Shown here piece by piece: positions 26,105-35,301 of a stretch of DNA of 64,000 nucleotides. This DNA comes from an uncultured Gammaproteobacteria bacterium. Its GTDB lineage: Bacteria; Patescibacteriota; Patescibacteriia; Patescibacteriales; GWC2-42-12. A model generated the notes under the pieces. The model did no database searches. It saw only the letters and a list, made by a program, of their open reading frames with translations, and was not told the DNA's origin. The stretch covers positions 192,381 to 256,380 of the forward strand of contig CAZLKB010000002.1 of assembly GCA_964560005.1 (NCBI GenBank), given 5' to 3'. The translations under genes were made by a program, and so were the position numbers. Within the stretch, counting starts at the first letter, position 1; the number at the start of each line of letters is the position of its first letter.

Positions 26105-27271
26105 ATGAAAATATACTTTATCGGACAAAAAGGCATTCCGGCTAAATCCGGGGGAGTAGAAAAACACGTGGAAGAATTATCAAGTCGCCTGGCCAGAGCC
26201 GGGCACGAGGTTTTTGTCTATACCCGCTTAAAATACACCGGCAAAAATTTGAAAAAATACCAAGGTGTTAATTTGATTAACTTGCCGAATATTGCCACCA
26301 AGCATCTTGACGCGATTAGCCATACTTTCCGCGCCTGCTGGGATTTAAGGAAAAGAGAAGTTGATATTATTCATTTTCATTCCATCGGCCCGGCTTCTTT
26401 AATCTGGCTGGCAAAATTATTAAAACCAGGCGTGCCGGTAATTTTTACTTTTCATACCAAGTGCTATACGCATAAAAAATGGGGGCTAATAGCCAAAGCT
26501 TACTTAAGATTCGGCGAATTGTCCGGCTGTTTATTGGCGGATAAAACCATTGTCATCTCCCGCCAGCTTGTTCAATATACCAAAGCTATGTATAACACCA
26601 AAGCCGCTTATATACCCAACGGGGTCAGCCAGCTTAAGGCCGTCAAAGCCGCAAACATTAAAAAGTGGGGCTTAGAAAAAGACAATTATATCTTATTGGT
26701 ATCCCGGCTGGTCGGCCATAAGGGCGTCCACTATTTAATTGAAGCTTATAAACAATTAAAGACCAACAAAAAATTAGTGATTACCGGCGACGGCGCTTAT
26801 ACCGACAAATATGTCAAAGAATTAAAAACGCGGGCTCAGGGCAATAAAAATATTATTTTTACCGGCGATCAGACCGGCCGGACGCTGGCTGAATTATTTT
26901 CCAATGCTTATCTCTTTGTCCAGCCTTCGGAGTCAGAAGGCCTTTCCATTGCTTTATTAGAGGCTATGTCATACGGCAAATGCGTTTTATACAGCGATAT
27001 TCCGGAAAACCAAGAAGCGGCCGCAGGCGCCGGCTATTCTTTCGTTAATAAAAACATTGCCAGTTTAAAAAATAAATTAAAATATTTATTGAATCACCCG
27101 GACAGGGTTTTGTCCCGCGGCGAATCAGGCAGAGCTAGGGTTAAAGAATATTATAATTGGAATAATATAACTAAAGAGGTGATCGGGGTTTATAAAAATG
27201 CGGGTTTAGCGCAGCCGGCCGGCAATTTTATCTTGGCTCAGGCTAAAAAGCTGATTGGTTTTAAGGTTTAA
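26105..27271 (+). CDS. Glycosyltransferase family 4
   Basis: MKIYFIGQKGIPAKSGGVEKHVEELS N-terminus and PSESEGLSIALLEAMSYGK E-x7-E motif. ATG 26105 is preferred over the track start 26069. Confidence 0.85.
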   Translation: MKIYFIGQKGIPAKSGGVEKHVEELSSRLARAGHEVFVYTRLKYTGKNLKKYQGVNLINLPNIATKHLDAISHTFRACWDLRKREVDIIHFHSIGPASLIWLAKLLKPGVPVIFTFHTKCYTHKKWGLIAKAYLRFGELSGCLLADKTIVISRQLVQYTKAMYNTKAAYIPNGVSQLKAVKAANIKKWGLEKDNYILLVSRLVGHKGVHYLIEAYKQLKTNKKLVITGDGAYTDKYVKELKTRAQGNKNIIFTGDQTGRTLAELFSNAYLFVQPSESEGLSIALLEAMSYGKCVLYSDIPENQEAAAGAGYSFVNKNIASLKNKLKYLLNHPDRVLSRGESGRARVKEYYNWNNITKEVIGVYKNAGLAQPAGNFILAQAKKLIGFKV

Positions 27272-27446
27272 TTGACTAACTAGTGAAAGCATAAATTTAT
27301 AAATAATTTTATATTTTCTCTGCAAGAAATGTAAATTTACATTTTTTACAGAGTAAATGTAATTTTGCTTTGAAGATTCGTCTTCATGAACTTTGGACAA
27401 CAGCAAACAATTAACCAAAACCAAAACAGAAACAGAAAGACAAACA

Positions 27447-28880
27447 ATGAAGAAAATTAATGTAGCGCTAGTTCTGCTAGCAATCGGCCTCTGGCAAGCG
27501 CCGGAGGGTTACTCACAGCCGTTTTCGTACAACGATAACGGTTACACTGGCTATGGCCCGGTTTTGGGCGGACCGCAGACAGGCTGGGTTTTTAACTTAA
27601 CCCAGACTACAAACACCTTCCGGGTCGGGGATAATCCCTACGGACTGCTGTATGTTAGCAATATAACGGCGGACCATTACTACACGGTTCAGGTCTGGAA
27701 GGAAGGAACCTTCCTCTACGATTATATCTTCGGCACCAACGTGGTTTCGGGGACGGCCTGGGCCAGGTCTTATTGCTGGGGCGAAATGTCCAACCCGACG
27801 CCGGGAAATTGGGCGTTCAAAATATTCATCACTTACGGCGGTGTAACCCAGCTGGTTGATACCCTGCCGTTCACGGTGGTGGAAACATCCGGCTATAAGC
27901 CGTTTACCTATAACGACACGGCTTACGCCGGCTATGGTCCGATCCTGGGCGGGGCGACTAACGGCTGGATTTTCAGCCTTTCGTCAAGGACTAATGTGTT
28001 CAAGGTCGGGGATCATCCCTACGCCTTACTGTGGGTCAACAACATCTCTGCCGACCACTACTACAAGGTGGAAGTTTGGAAGGAAGGATCCTTCCTTTAC
28101 AACTATATCTTCGGCACCAACATTGTTTCGGGAGTTGCCTGGGAGCGGTCGTATTGCTGGGGCGAGATGGCGAATCCCGCGCCGGGAAATTATGCGTTCA
28201 AATTCTTTATCACTTACGGCGTGACCAACACCGAGCTGTTGGATACGGTGCCGTTCACGGTGGCGGAGATACCCGACTGGAAGCCGTTCTCGTACGACGA
28301 CAACGGCCAAACCGGTTATGGTCCGCTAACGGGCGGGGCGACTAACGGCTGGATTTTCAACCTAGCTCAGGCCGCCAGCGTCTTCCAGACCGGAGATCAT
28401 GTATATGGGCTTTTACACGTTACCAACGTGTCGGTGGATCATATATTCACCGTAGAGATCTTAAAGGAAGGAGTCTTGGTTCATTCCTATGTATTTGGAA
28501 CCAACTTGGTGCAGGGCGGTACCTGGCCAAGAAGTTACTGCTGGGCGGAGTTGGATAATGCGTCGCTGGGCAACTGGGCCTTTAGAATCTCAGTTACTTA
28601 CAGTAACACGACAGAGGTGCTTGACACTCTGCCGTTCACGGTCGGCGAAACCCCGCCTATTGAGATGCCGATTCTGGCTATCAGGCGAGGGGAAACCAAT
28701 TCGGTGATCCTAAGTTGGCCGGCGACATTCACCGGCTTCGCGCTGCAGTCTCGCGAGAGCCTGGCGCCAGGCGTGCCCTGGCAGACCATAGTCGGGACAA
28801 CGCAAACGTTGACCGACAACACCTGGCAGGTTCGTCTGCCGCGTACCGATCCTCAACAATTTTTCCGCCTAATCAAGTAA
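27447..28880 (+). CDS. Secreted protein with three ~128-aa tandem repeats, encoded by a GC-rich island
   Basis: Signal MKKINVALVLLAIGLWQAPEGYSQ (ATG 27447). Three copies of PF.YND.G.TGYGP..GG...GW.F.L......F..GD..Y.LL.V.N...DH.Y.V...KEG...Y.FGTN.V.G..W.RSYCW.E. C-terminal tail ...PQQFFRLIK. Confidence 0.8.
   Translation: MKKINVALVLLAIGLWQAPEGYSQPFSYNDNGYTGYGPVLGGPQTGWVFNLTQTTNTFRVGDNPYGLLYVSNITADHYYTVQVWKEGTFLYDYIFGTNVVSGTAWARSYCWGEMSNPTPGNWAFKIFITYGGVTQLVDTLPFTVVETSGYKPFTYNDTAYAGYGPILGGATNGWIFSLSSRTNVFKVGDHPYALLWVNNISADHYYKVEVWKEGSFLYNYIFGTNIVSGVAWERSYCWGEMANPAPGNYAFKFFITYGVTNTELLDTVPFTVAEIPDWKPFSYDDNGQTGYGPLTGGATNGWIFNLAQAASVFQTGDHVYGLLHVTNVSVDHIFTVEILKEGVLVHSYVFGTNLVQGGTWPRSYCWAELDNASLGNWAFRISVTYSNTTEVLDTLPFTVGETPPIEMPILAIRRGETNSVILSWPATFTGFALQSRESLAPGVPWQTIVGTTQTLTDNTWQVRLPRTDPQQFFRLIK
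27516..28661 (+). repeat. In-frame tandem repeat, 3 units of 381-384 bp
   Basis: Unit starts at 27516, 27897 and 28281 (xAGCCGTT...). Each unit ends with CTGCCGTTCACGGT. Confidence 0.85.
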
Positions 28881-28900
28881 GGGCGGAAAACACAATCCAA

Positions 28901-28935
28901 ACCCCTAGAGGATAACTCTAGGGGTTCTTTTTATT
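28901..28935 (+). terminator. Intrinsic terminator of GC-rich cassette 2
   Basis: ACCCCTAGAG-GATAA-CTCTAGGGGT followed by TCTTTTTATTT. Confidence 0.8.
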
Positions 28936-28949
28936 TATTTTTAATAGTA

Positions 28950-28978
28950 TTGACTTTCGTATTTTGTTCGTATATAAT
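28950..28978 (+). promoter_or_regulatory. Consensus promoter TTGACT-17-TATAAT with a TTCGTAT direct repeat in the spacer
   Basis: -35 at 28950-28955, -10 at 28973-28978. The spacer is TTCGTATTTTGTTCGTA. Confidence 0.65.
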
Positions 28979-29055
28979 GAAAATAGATGAATTATTATTG
29001 TGGATAACTAATTTATTATGGATATTAACATTCATGTGTTATGCCAGGTAATAAT

Positions 29056-29161
29056 TTTAGTTTTGGCTAAATTAATTTATTTTTGAAGCGAGGACCGACC
29101 GGCCGGCACATAATGAATTTGATCCGCAGCGAAAAAATAAATTAATTTAGCCAAAACTAAA
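29056..29161. repeat. Perfect 29-bp hairpin with a 48-nt GC-richer loop, between the promoter and lexA
   Basis: 29056-29084 TTTAGTTTTGGCTAAATTAATTTATTTTT is the exact reverse complement of 29133-29161. Confidence 0.9.
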
Positions 29162-29215
29162 GGCTGTAACTATGATTATACGTAAATTTATATAACTTTA
29201 AAACTTTTTAATTTT

Positions 29216-29827
29216 ATGGGTAACAATCTAACCAAAAGACAAAGGCAGATTTTGGATTTCATAACGGACTTTACAAAAGACAAGGGCTACGCGCCGTCGT
29301 TAAGAGAAATCGGCGAACATTTTAATTTATCCAGTCCAGCAACGGTCCACGCCCATGTTCAGTCGCTTAAGCAAAAAGGGTTTTTAAAAAGCTCTTTTAA
29401 TGAAGCGCGTTCTATTGAAATTATACCGGCTAGCGTAAACTGGACGGCCAGTTTAGAATTGCCCTTAGTCGGCTTAATCACAGCCGGAGAGCCGATTGAA
29501 GCAATTGAGGAAAAAGAAGCTATTGCCGTACCGGCTGATTTCGTCACCGACAGCGCCAATAGCTATGTTTTAAAAGTTAAAGGCGAATCTATGATTGAAG
29601 ACGGAATTTTGGACGGTGATTATGTTATTGTAGAAAGGAATCCATCGCCTAAGAATGGCGATATTGTGGTGGCGCTTCTAAATAACGCTTATGCCACTTT
29701 AAAAAAGTTTTATCGCGAGCAGAAACGAATCAGGCTCCAGCCGGCCAATACAAATATGAAACCCATATATTCAGCCGATCCGTTAATTCAGGGCGTCGTG
29801 CGCGGGGTAATCAGAAAATTTGCCTGA
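29216..29827 (+). CDS. lexA: LexA repressor (S24 peptidase)
   Basis: N-terminal wHTH (LTKRQRQILDFI...GYAPSLREIG), cleavage-region AG, catalytic GESM and K (TLKKF). Confidence 0.9.
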   Translation: MGNNLTKRQRQILDFITDFTKDKGYAPSLREIGEHFNLSSPATVHAHVQSLKQKGFLKSSFNEARSIEIIPASVNWTASLELPLVGLITAGEPIEAIEEKEAIAVPADFVTDSANSYVLKVKGESMIEDGILDGDYVIVERNPSPKNGDIVVALLNNAYATLKKFYREQKRIRLQPANTNMKPIYSADPLIQGVVRGVIRKFA

Positions 29828-29874
29828 AGCGAAAGGTTGACTAAGATAGGATTTTATCTGTATTAATATATCCT

Positions 29875-30276
29875 ATGGCTATTATCAGTATTAAGCAATT
29901 TGAACAAATCGTTGAATATGCGATTGCCTCGCTGCCGGATAAATTCAGAAGTAAATTGAATAATGTGGCCATCTTCGTTGAAGACGAGCCGACCGCGGAG
30001 CAGTTAAAAAAAATTAAATTAAGGCGCGGCGATTTACTGTTCGGCTTATTTGAAGGCTACGCCCAAGCCAGGAGATTAAATTTTGGCCCGGTACTGCCGG
30101 ATCGTATTACTATTTTCAGGCGGGCAATTTTAAGTCAGGCGTCAGACCCAAGAGAAGTAAAAAATAAAATAGTTTCAACCTTTATGCACGAAATCGCCCA
30201 CCATTTCGGCTCGGACGAAAAAGGCGCGGCCAAAGCAGGGAGAAGGCATAACTCTATGATTCGTATTACCAGTTAA
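29875..30276 (+). CDS. Zincin-like metallopeptidase family protein (DUF1025/Zincin_1-like)
   Basis: MHEIAHHFG (HExxH) near the C-terminus and the typical ~130-aa size. Confidence 0.65.
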   Translation: MAIISIKQFEQIVEYAIASLPDKFRSKLNNVAIFVEDEPTAEQLKKIKLRRGDLLFGLFEGYAQARRLNFGPVLPDRITIFRRAILSQASDPREVKNKIVSTFMHEIAHHFGSDEKGAAKAGRRHNSMIRITS

Positions 30277-30496
30277 GAGATATAAGTTGTGTGTTTAGAC
30301 CGGCGATATTCGCTACACCTTTATTTTTTAGCATAAATATGCTAAAGTTATCATAGAAACAGTAGACAGAAGCAATTTTTAGATAATATTATATATTTTT
30401 ATTTAATATTAGCTAATTAATAAATTAATCGTTGGGCTGTTCCGGACCGCGATATTAAAAAATAAGCGGTTTCGCCAGCTAGCGAATAATAAATTT

Positions 30497-30652
30497 ATGG
30501 AAGCATATTGCGTTAAATGCAAGGCTAAGCAAGAAATGGCTGAAGCAAATGAAGTAGAAATGAACGGCAAGGGTGGAGTTAAAAGAAGAGCAATGAAAGG
30601 CAAGTGTCCGGTTTGCGGTACTTCAATGTTTAGAATTTTAGGAAAAGCCTAA
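30497..30652 (+). CDS. Small zinc-ribbon protein (DUF5679-like, 51 aa); below the ORF-track length cutoff
   Basis: MEAYCVKCKAK...KGKCPVCGTSMFRILGKA has two CxxC pairs. Followed by a terminator. Confidence 0.6.
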   Translation: MEAYCVKCKAKQEMAEANEVEMNGKGGVKRRAMKGKCPVCGTSMFRILGKA

Positions 30653-30706
30653 CGGATAGTCGGCTAAAGTAGGTTATATTAGAACAAAACAAATATTAAT
30701 ATGAGG

Positions 30707-30732
30707 AAAAACACCTCTTTAGGGTGTTTTTT
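30707..30732 (+). terminator. Intrinsic terminator
   Basis: AAAAACACCT-CTTTA-GGGTGTTTTTT. Confidence 0.7.
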
Positions 30733-30912
30733 CATTGGCCGGGTTAATTAGCGAACAATTTTAATATTAGGCATAGCATTAATTTTTAGATCAAGCCGTC
30801 CGGCTCTATTTTTTCATATTGTATTTATTGGAAAAAAATAGTATAATAAAACAATAAAGTTAATTAATTAAACTGCTTGCGCCGATAAGCTTGTTGTCAA
30901 GCGCAAGATAAA

Positions 30913-31323
30913 ATGTATATGCCAAATGCTACAAAAATATTAATAATTGAGGATGACGCTAATTTACTTTTCAGCTTACAGTCAAAATTAAGGATTGAGG
31001 GTTTTGAGATCATAACGGACGCGGGAACAGATGAAATTATGGCTTTAGAGAAAATTAATGCTTTCAGGCCGGATTATATTATTTTAGACATAATACTGCC
31101 GAAGATAAATGGTTTGGATTTACTGCAAAAAATAAAAGCCAAAACAGAAATTTCCCGCATACCGGTTTGTATTTTTACCAATTTAAGCGATGACGACACC
31201 CGCCAGCAGGCGAAAAAATACGGCGCCGATATTTTCTTGCTTAAAACCGATTTCAGTATAGATGAGTTCGTTGATAAATTTAAAAAAATTATCGCCAATA
31301 AGGCAAAAATTGAACAACAGTAA
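30913..31323 (+). CDS. Stand-alone response regulator receiver domain protein
   Basis: ILIIEDD...DYIILDIILP (phospho-acceptor Asp)...T..SD...K CheY-like pattern. No output domain. Confidence 0.85.
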   Translation: MYMPNATKILIIEDDANLLFSLQSKLRIEGFEIITDAGTDEIMALEKINAFRPDYIILDIILPKINGLDLLQKIKAKTEISRIPVCIFTNLSDDDTRQQAKKYGADIFLLKTDFSIDEFVDKFKKIIANKAKIEQQ

Positions 31324-31386
31324 TCACAGATTGGCCAAAAATTAAGCTGGGCAAGTAGATTTATTAAATTTTAATAATTTTTTGTT

Positions 31387-33177
31387 ATGAAAATTCTAAA
31401 AAATAAATATTTTATAGCGGGCTTTATTATAATGATAATCGCCGTATCGCTATATTTTATTTTAACCAAGAAACCCGTAATAGAATATACTGTCGCTACT
31501 ATTGCGAGAGGTAGTTTAACTCAAACGGTTAGCGAAACCGGTACAGTTAAGTCAACTGACGAAATTGACCTGAATTTTCCGGTTAGCGGGAAAATCGCCA
31601 ATATTTTTGTATCGGTAGGCGATAAAGTTAAGCTTGGACAAACCATGGCCGAGCTGGATAATAGCGATTTGTTATTAAAAGTTAAAGAGGCGCGAGCTAA
31701 TTTTCTGGTAGCTCAAGCTAAGCTGGACAAACTGGTTGCCGGAGCTTCCGGCGGCGAAATCGCCGTTAGCCAAGCCAGCCTAGACCAAGCTAAGATAGCT
31801 AATGATTCAGCCATAAGTGAATTTGAAAAAACCCAGAATACGGTTAATGAAAATATTAAACAAGCTGAAAAAAATTTAAATGACCTTTATCTGACTTCTG
31901 GCGACGTAATCACCAGTTATCAACGCGATCTTCTAAATTATCAGGCGATCGCCCTAACCAGTATGGCGGCTAAAATTCCGGTTGCCGATAACGCCTTGGA
32001 TAATGTCAATACGATTTTAACCGACGATGACGCCGAAAACTATTTAAGCGTGATGAATAAAGATCAAATTACCATAACCAAGAACGATTATAATAGAGCA
32101 ATGCCGTCTATTGCGCAGGCTAAAGCCAGTTTAGCCGCGGCGCAGTTAAGTCAAAATAATGAAAATATCACTAAGGCATTAAGTGACGCCGACGATGCCT
32201 TGGATAAGACTTTTAATACTTTAAAAGATTGCTATACCATGCTCGAAACCAGCGTTATCGGCACAAATTTTACTCAAACCGATTTGGATGCTTATAAAAC
32301 CATTATTAGCACCCAGCAAACCAATCTCTCCACTGCCATAACTTTAATCCAAACAGCCCGGCATAATCTCGGCGATTCAATCAATGATTTGAATAACGCG
32401 ATTTCAACCGCTAAGGATAACTTAGCTACGGTTAAAGTTACGGCCGAACAGCAAGTGACTGCGGCCAAAGCCAAGGTTGATACTTCATATATGGCTTGGC
32501 GCTTAGCCTTGGCGCAATTGGCCGAACTTAAAGCCGGAGCGCGCGATCAGGATTTAAGCCTAGCCAGGGCTCAAGTAAGCCAAGCGCAAGCCGCCATAGA
32601 TTTAATCAATAACCAAATCAGCAATAATGTTATTAAGGCTCCGGCAGAAGGAACGATCACGAAAAAAAATTATGAAGCTGGCGAGCAGGCCTCGAGCGCT
32701 AAGCCGGTTTTTTCCATGCTGGGAGAAAATAATTTTGAAATTGAAGTTGACATTTCCGAAGCTGATATAAATAAAGTGGCGCTTAATAATCAAGCGGAAG
32801 TGACGCTTGACGCCTTCGGCGAAGATATTAAATTTTACGGCCAAGTAAGTTTTATAGAACCGGCGGAAACAATTATTCAAGATGTAACTTATTATAAAGT
32901 GAAAATTAATTTTGACGGCCAGGAAAAAAATGTAAAATCCGGCATGACGGCCAACGCCGTTATAACCACCGAACGCAAAGATAATATTTTAATTATGCCG
33001 TTAAGGGCGGTTATAGAAAAAAACGGCAGCGACAAGTTCGCTAGGCTCCTGGTTAATAATGAAATCAAAGAAGTGCCGGTAACTATCGGCTTGCGCGGCG
33101 ATAACGGCTTAGTTGAAGTTTTATCGGGGGTAAATGAAGGCGACGCGGTAGTGACTTATATTAAGCAGAGCAATTAA
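31387..33177 (+). CDS. HlyD/MacA-type periplasmic adaptor with an unusually long coiled coil
   Basis: N-terminal TM, lipoyl-like GKI..I.V..GD.VK.GQ, long alpha-helical insert, C-terminal beta-barrel segments. Lies upstream of the ABC genes. Confidence 0.8.
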   Translation: MKILKNKYFIAGFIIMIIAVSLYFILTKKPVIEYTVATIARGSLTQTVSETGTVKSTDEIDLNFPVSGKIANIFVSVGDKVKLGQTMAELDNSDLLLKVKEARANFLVAQAKLDKLVAGASGGEIAVSQASLDQAKIANDSAISEFEKTQNTVNENIKQAEKNLNDLYLTSGDVITSYQRDLLNYQAIALTSMAAKIPVADNALDNVNTILTDDDAENYLSVMNKDQITITKNDYNRAMPSIAQAKASLAAAQLSQNNENITKALSDADDALDKTFNTLKDCYTMLETSVIGTNFTQTDLDAYKTIISTQQTNLSTAITLIQTARHNLGDSINDLNNAISTAKDNLATVKVTAEQQVTAAKAKVDTSYMAWRLALAQLAELKAGARDQDLSLARAQVSQAQAAIDLINNQISNNVIKAPAEGTITKKNYEAGEQASSAKPVFSMLGENNFEIEVDISEADINKVALNNQAEVTLDAFGEDIKFYGQVSFIEPAETIIQDVTYYKVKINFDGQEKNVKSGMTANAVITTERKDNILIMPLRAVIEKNGSDKFARLLVNNEIKEVPVTIGLRGDNGLVEVLSGVNEGDAVVTYIKQSN

Positions 33178-33182
33178 TTTTT

Positions 33183-33292
33183 AAATTCTAAACAAATCCA
33201 AATGACCAAAATCCAAAATTCTAATTAGTTTTAAATTTTAAACATTTGAATTTTGATATTGTTTAGAGTTTAGAGTTTTGGATTTAGAATTT
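33183..33292. repeat. Word-based long hairpin (TCTAAA/TCCAAA words)
   Basis: AAATTCTAAACAAATCCAAA...CCAAAATCCAAAATTCTAA vs TTTAGAGTTTAGAGTTTTGGATTTAGAATTT. Confidence 0.75.
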
Positions 33293-33303
33293 ATTTTATT
33301 ATT

Positions 33304-34017
33304 ATGCTGATTCAAGTCCGCAATTTGGTGAAAAATTTTGTTAACGGCGACATCGTGACTAAAGTTTTAAACGGTATAACTTTTAATCTTGAAAAAGGCG
33401 AGTTTGTCGCCATTATGGGGCCGTCCGGTTCGGGTAAATCAACTTTAATGCATATTTTAGGCTTGCTGGATCGTCCCAGCTCGGGAAATTATTATCTTTT
33501 AGGCAAGGATGTGACCGGTTTAAGCGATGACGAATTGGCCAATTTAAGAAATCAAAAGATCGGCTTTGTTTTTCAATCATTTAATCTACTGCCGCGCACC
33601 ACGGTTTTAGAAAATGTCATGCTGCCTTTAACCTACGGTAAACATCAGGCCGAGCCGACTGAACGCGCTAAACGAGTTCTGGAAAGCGTCGGCCTAAAGC
33701 ATCGTTTGAATTATTTTACCAATCAAATTTCCGGAGGTGAAAAACAGCGAGTCGCTATTGCCAGAGCTTTAGTTAATCAACCGGCCGTAATTTTCGCCGA
33801 TGAGCCCACCGGCAATTTAGATTCAAAGTCCGGCGTGCAGATCATGGAAATTCTGCAGGCTTTAAACAATCAGGGCAATACCATAATTTTAGTCACGCAC
33901 GAGACTTACACTTCGGAGCACGCCAAGAGGATAATAAAGATTAAAGATGGATTGATTACCGAAGACTATACTGTGACGCGCCGGAGAATCGCCAGAGATG
34001 GCGCCATGATTAAATAG
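33304..34017 (+). CDS. ABC transporter ATP-binding protein (MacB/LolD type)
   Basis: Walker A GPSGSGKST, signature LSGGEKQRVAIARAL, Walker B IFADEPTGNLD. Confidence 0.95.
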   Translation: MLIQVRNLVKNFVNGDIVTKVLNGITFNLEKGEFVAIMGPSGSGKSTLMHILGLLDRPSSGNYYLLGKDVTGLSDDELANLRNQKIGFVFQSFNLLPRTTVLENVMLPLTYGKHQAEPTERAKRVLESVGLKHRLNYFTNQISGGEKQRVAIARALVNQPAVIFADEPTGNLDSKSGVQIMEILQALNNQGNTIILVTHETYTSEHAKRIIKIKDGLITEDYTVTRRRIARDGAMIK

Positions 34018-34041
34018 TATAGCGACGGATTATTTTTTAAT

Positions 34042-35295
34042 ATGTTGGAATTTTGCAGACAATCCGTTAAGATTTCCACTAAAGCGCTTCTGGCCAATAA
34101 AGGCAGAAGCTTTTTAACAATGCTCGGAATAATCATCGGTGTGGCGGCGGTTATTATAATTATGGCCGTAGGCGCCGGAGCGCAAAGTTTAATCATTAAC
34201 CAGGTAAAAACTTTAGGCACCGATATTATCGGGATTTTACCGGGCGCTTCGGAAGAAGACGGCCCGCCGGCCTCAGTCATGGGCATAGTAATTACCACGC
34301 TTACTTACGAGGATGCCTTGGCTTTAAAAGATAAAAAAAACGCGCCTAACATAGTTGAGGCGGTAGCTTATTATAAAAGCCTGGGCAGCGCTAGCTGGGG
34401 TTCAAATTTTTATGATACCAATCTAAGCGGCGCCACGGTAGGGTATTTAACCGTTGAAGGAGGGGAAGTGGACGAGGGTAGATTTTTTACCGAAGCGGAA
34501 GAAACCAATTTAGCTAAAGTGGCCGTCTTAGGCAGTACGGTAAAAAAAGAATTATTCGGCGAGTCTGACGCTTTAGGCCAAAAAATAAAAATCAAAAATC
34601 AAAATTTGGAAGTGATCGGCGTGATGAAAGACAAGGGTACGGTGGCCTTTCAAAATAATGACGATCAGATTTTCATTCCGCTTAGAACCATGCAAAAATT
34701 AATTGCCGGGGTGAATCATGTCAGCATGATGAGGCTTAAAGTTGACAGCCAAGAAAATATGGACAGGGCGACGATGGATGTAGAGGCTACTTTGCGCGAA
34801 CGCCACGATATAACCGACCAAAGCGGGGCTGACGACGATTTTACGGTTAGAAATTCGGCTCAAGCCATGGCGATGATAACCACGATTACCGAGGCTTTAA
34901 AATTTTTCTTAGCGGCGATCGCGGCTTTGTCGCTATTGGTCGGCGGCATCGGCATAATGAATATTATGCTGGTTAGCGTTAGCGAAAGAACCAGAGAAAT
35001 CGGTTTGCGGAAAGCCGTTGGCGCCAGCAATAAAAATATCATGACCCAATTTTTAATGGAAGCGGCCGCCATAACCTTAAGCGGCGGAGTGATAGGCGTA
35101 ATTATCGGCAGTATAGCGGCGGTTATTATCGCGCTGGCGGCTAATTTCTTAGGCTATGATTGGAGCCTGTCGGTTTCGGTTTTCTCCATCGCGCTGGCGC
35201 TAATGGTTTCAATAACCGTTGGTTTATTGTTTGGCTTATACCCGGCGCGGAAGGCCAGTAGACTTCAGCCGATAGAAGCTTTAAGGCGCGAATAA
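34042..35295 (+). CDS. ABC transporter permease (MacB_PCD + FtsX domain)
   Basis: N-terminal TM, large periplasmic domain, C-terminal FtsX-like 3-TM bundle with ERTREIGLRKAVGA. Confidence 0.9.
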   Translation: MLEFCRQSVKISTKALLANKGRSFLTMLGIIIGVAAVIIIMAVGAGAQSLIINQVKTLGTDIIGILPGASEEDGPPASVMGIVITTLTYEDALALKDKKNAPNIVEAVAYYKSLGSASWGSNFYDTNLSGATVGYLTVEGGEVDEGRFFTEAEETNLAKVAVLGSTVKKELFGESDALGQKIKIKNQNLEVIGVMKDKGTVAFQNNDDQIFIPLRTMQKLIAGVNHVSMMRLKVDSQENMDRATMDVEATLRERHDITDQSGADDDFTVRNSAQAMAMITTITEALKFFLAAIAALSLLVGGIGIMNIMLVSVSERTREIGLRKAVGASNKNIMTQFLMEAAAITLSGGVIGVIIGSIAAVIIALAANFLGYDWSLSVSVFSIALALMVSITVGLLFGLYPARKASRLQPIEALRRE

Positions 35296-35301
35296 TAAAA
35301 T

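Noticed and set aside
27856-28915. A cluster of overlapping ORFs on both strands (27856-28224, 28026-28310, 28031-28345, 28489-28707, 28598-28822, 28715-28915). Similar clusters occur at 23750-24046, 24343-24534 and 56081-56568.
   Set aside because: They are a by-product of stop-codon depletion in GC-rich DNA. The frame carrying the signal peptide and repeat structure explains the region. I used them only as an indicator of the compositional shift.
23405-28935. A diversity-generating retroelement explanation for the GC-rich secreted proteins and their repeats.
   Set aside because: There is no reverse-transcriptase ORF in the window. I found no template/variable repeat pair with adenine-specific differences. 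The three repeat units differ at all base types.
29018-29086. A 22-codon ORF (MDINIHVLCQVIILVLAKLIYF) in the lexA leader. A 30-codon hydrophobic mini-ORF also lies at 11254-11346.
   Set aside because: Neither has an SD or any conservation evidence available. The first is mostly the left arm of the 29-bp hairpin. They are too short to support from sequence alone.
30409-30603. A 64-aa minus-strand ORF from the ORF track.
   Set aside because: The plus strand here encodes a 51-aa double-CxxC zinc-ribbon protein (30497-30652) with a terminator, which explains the region better.
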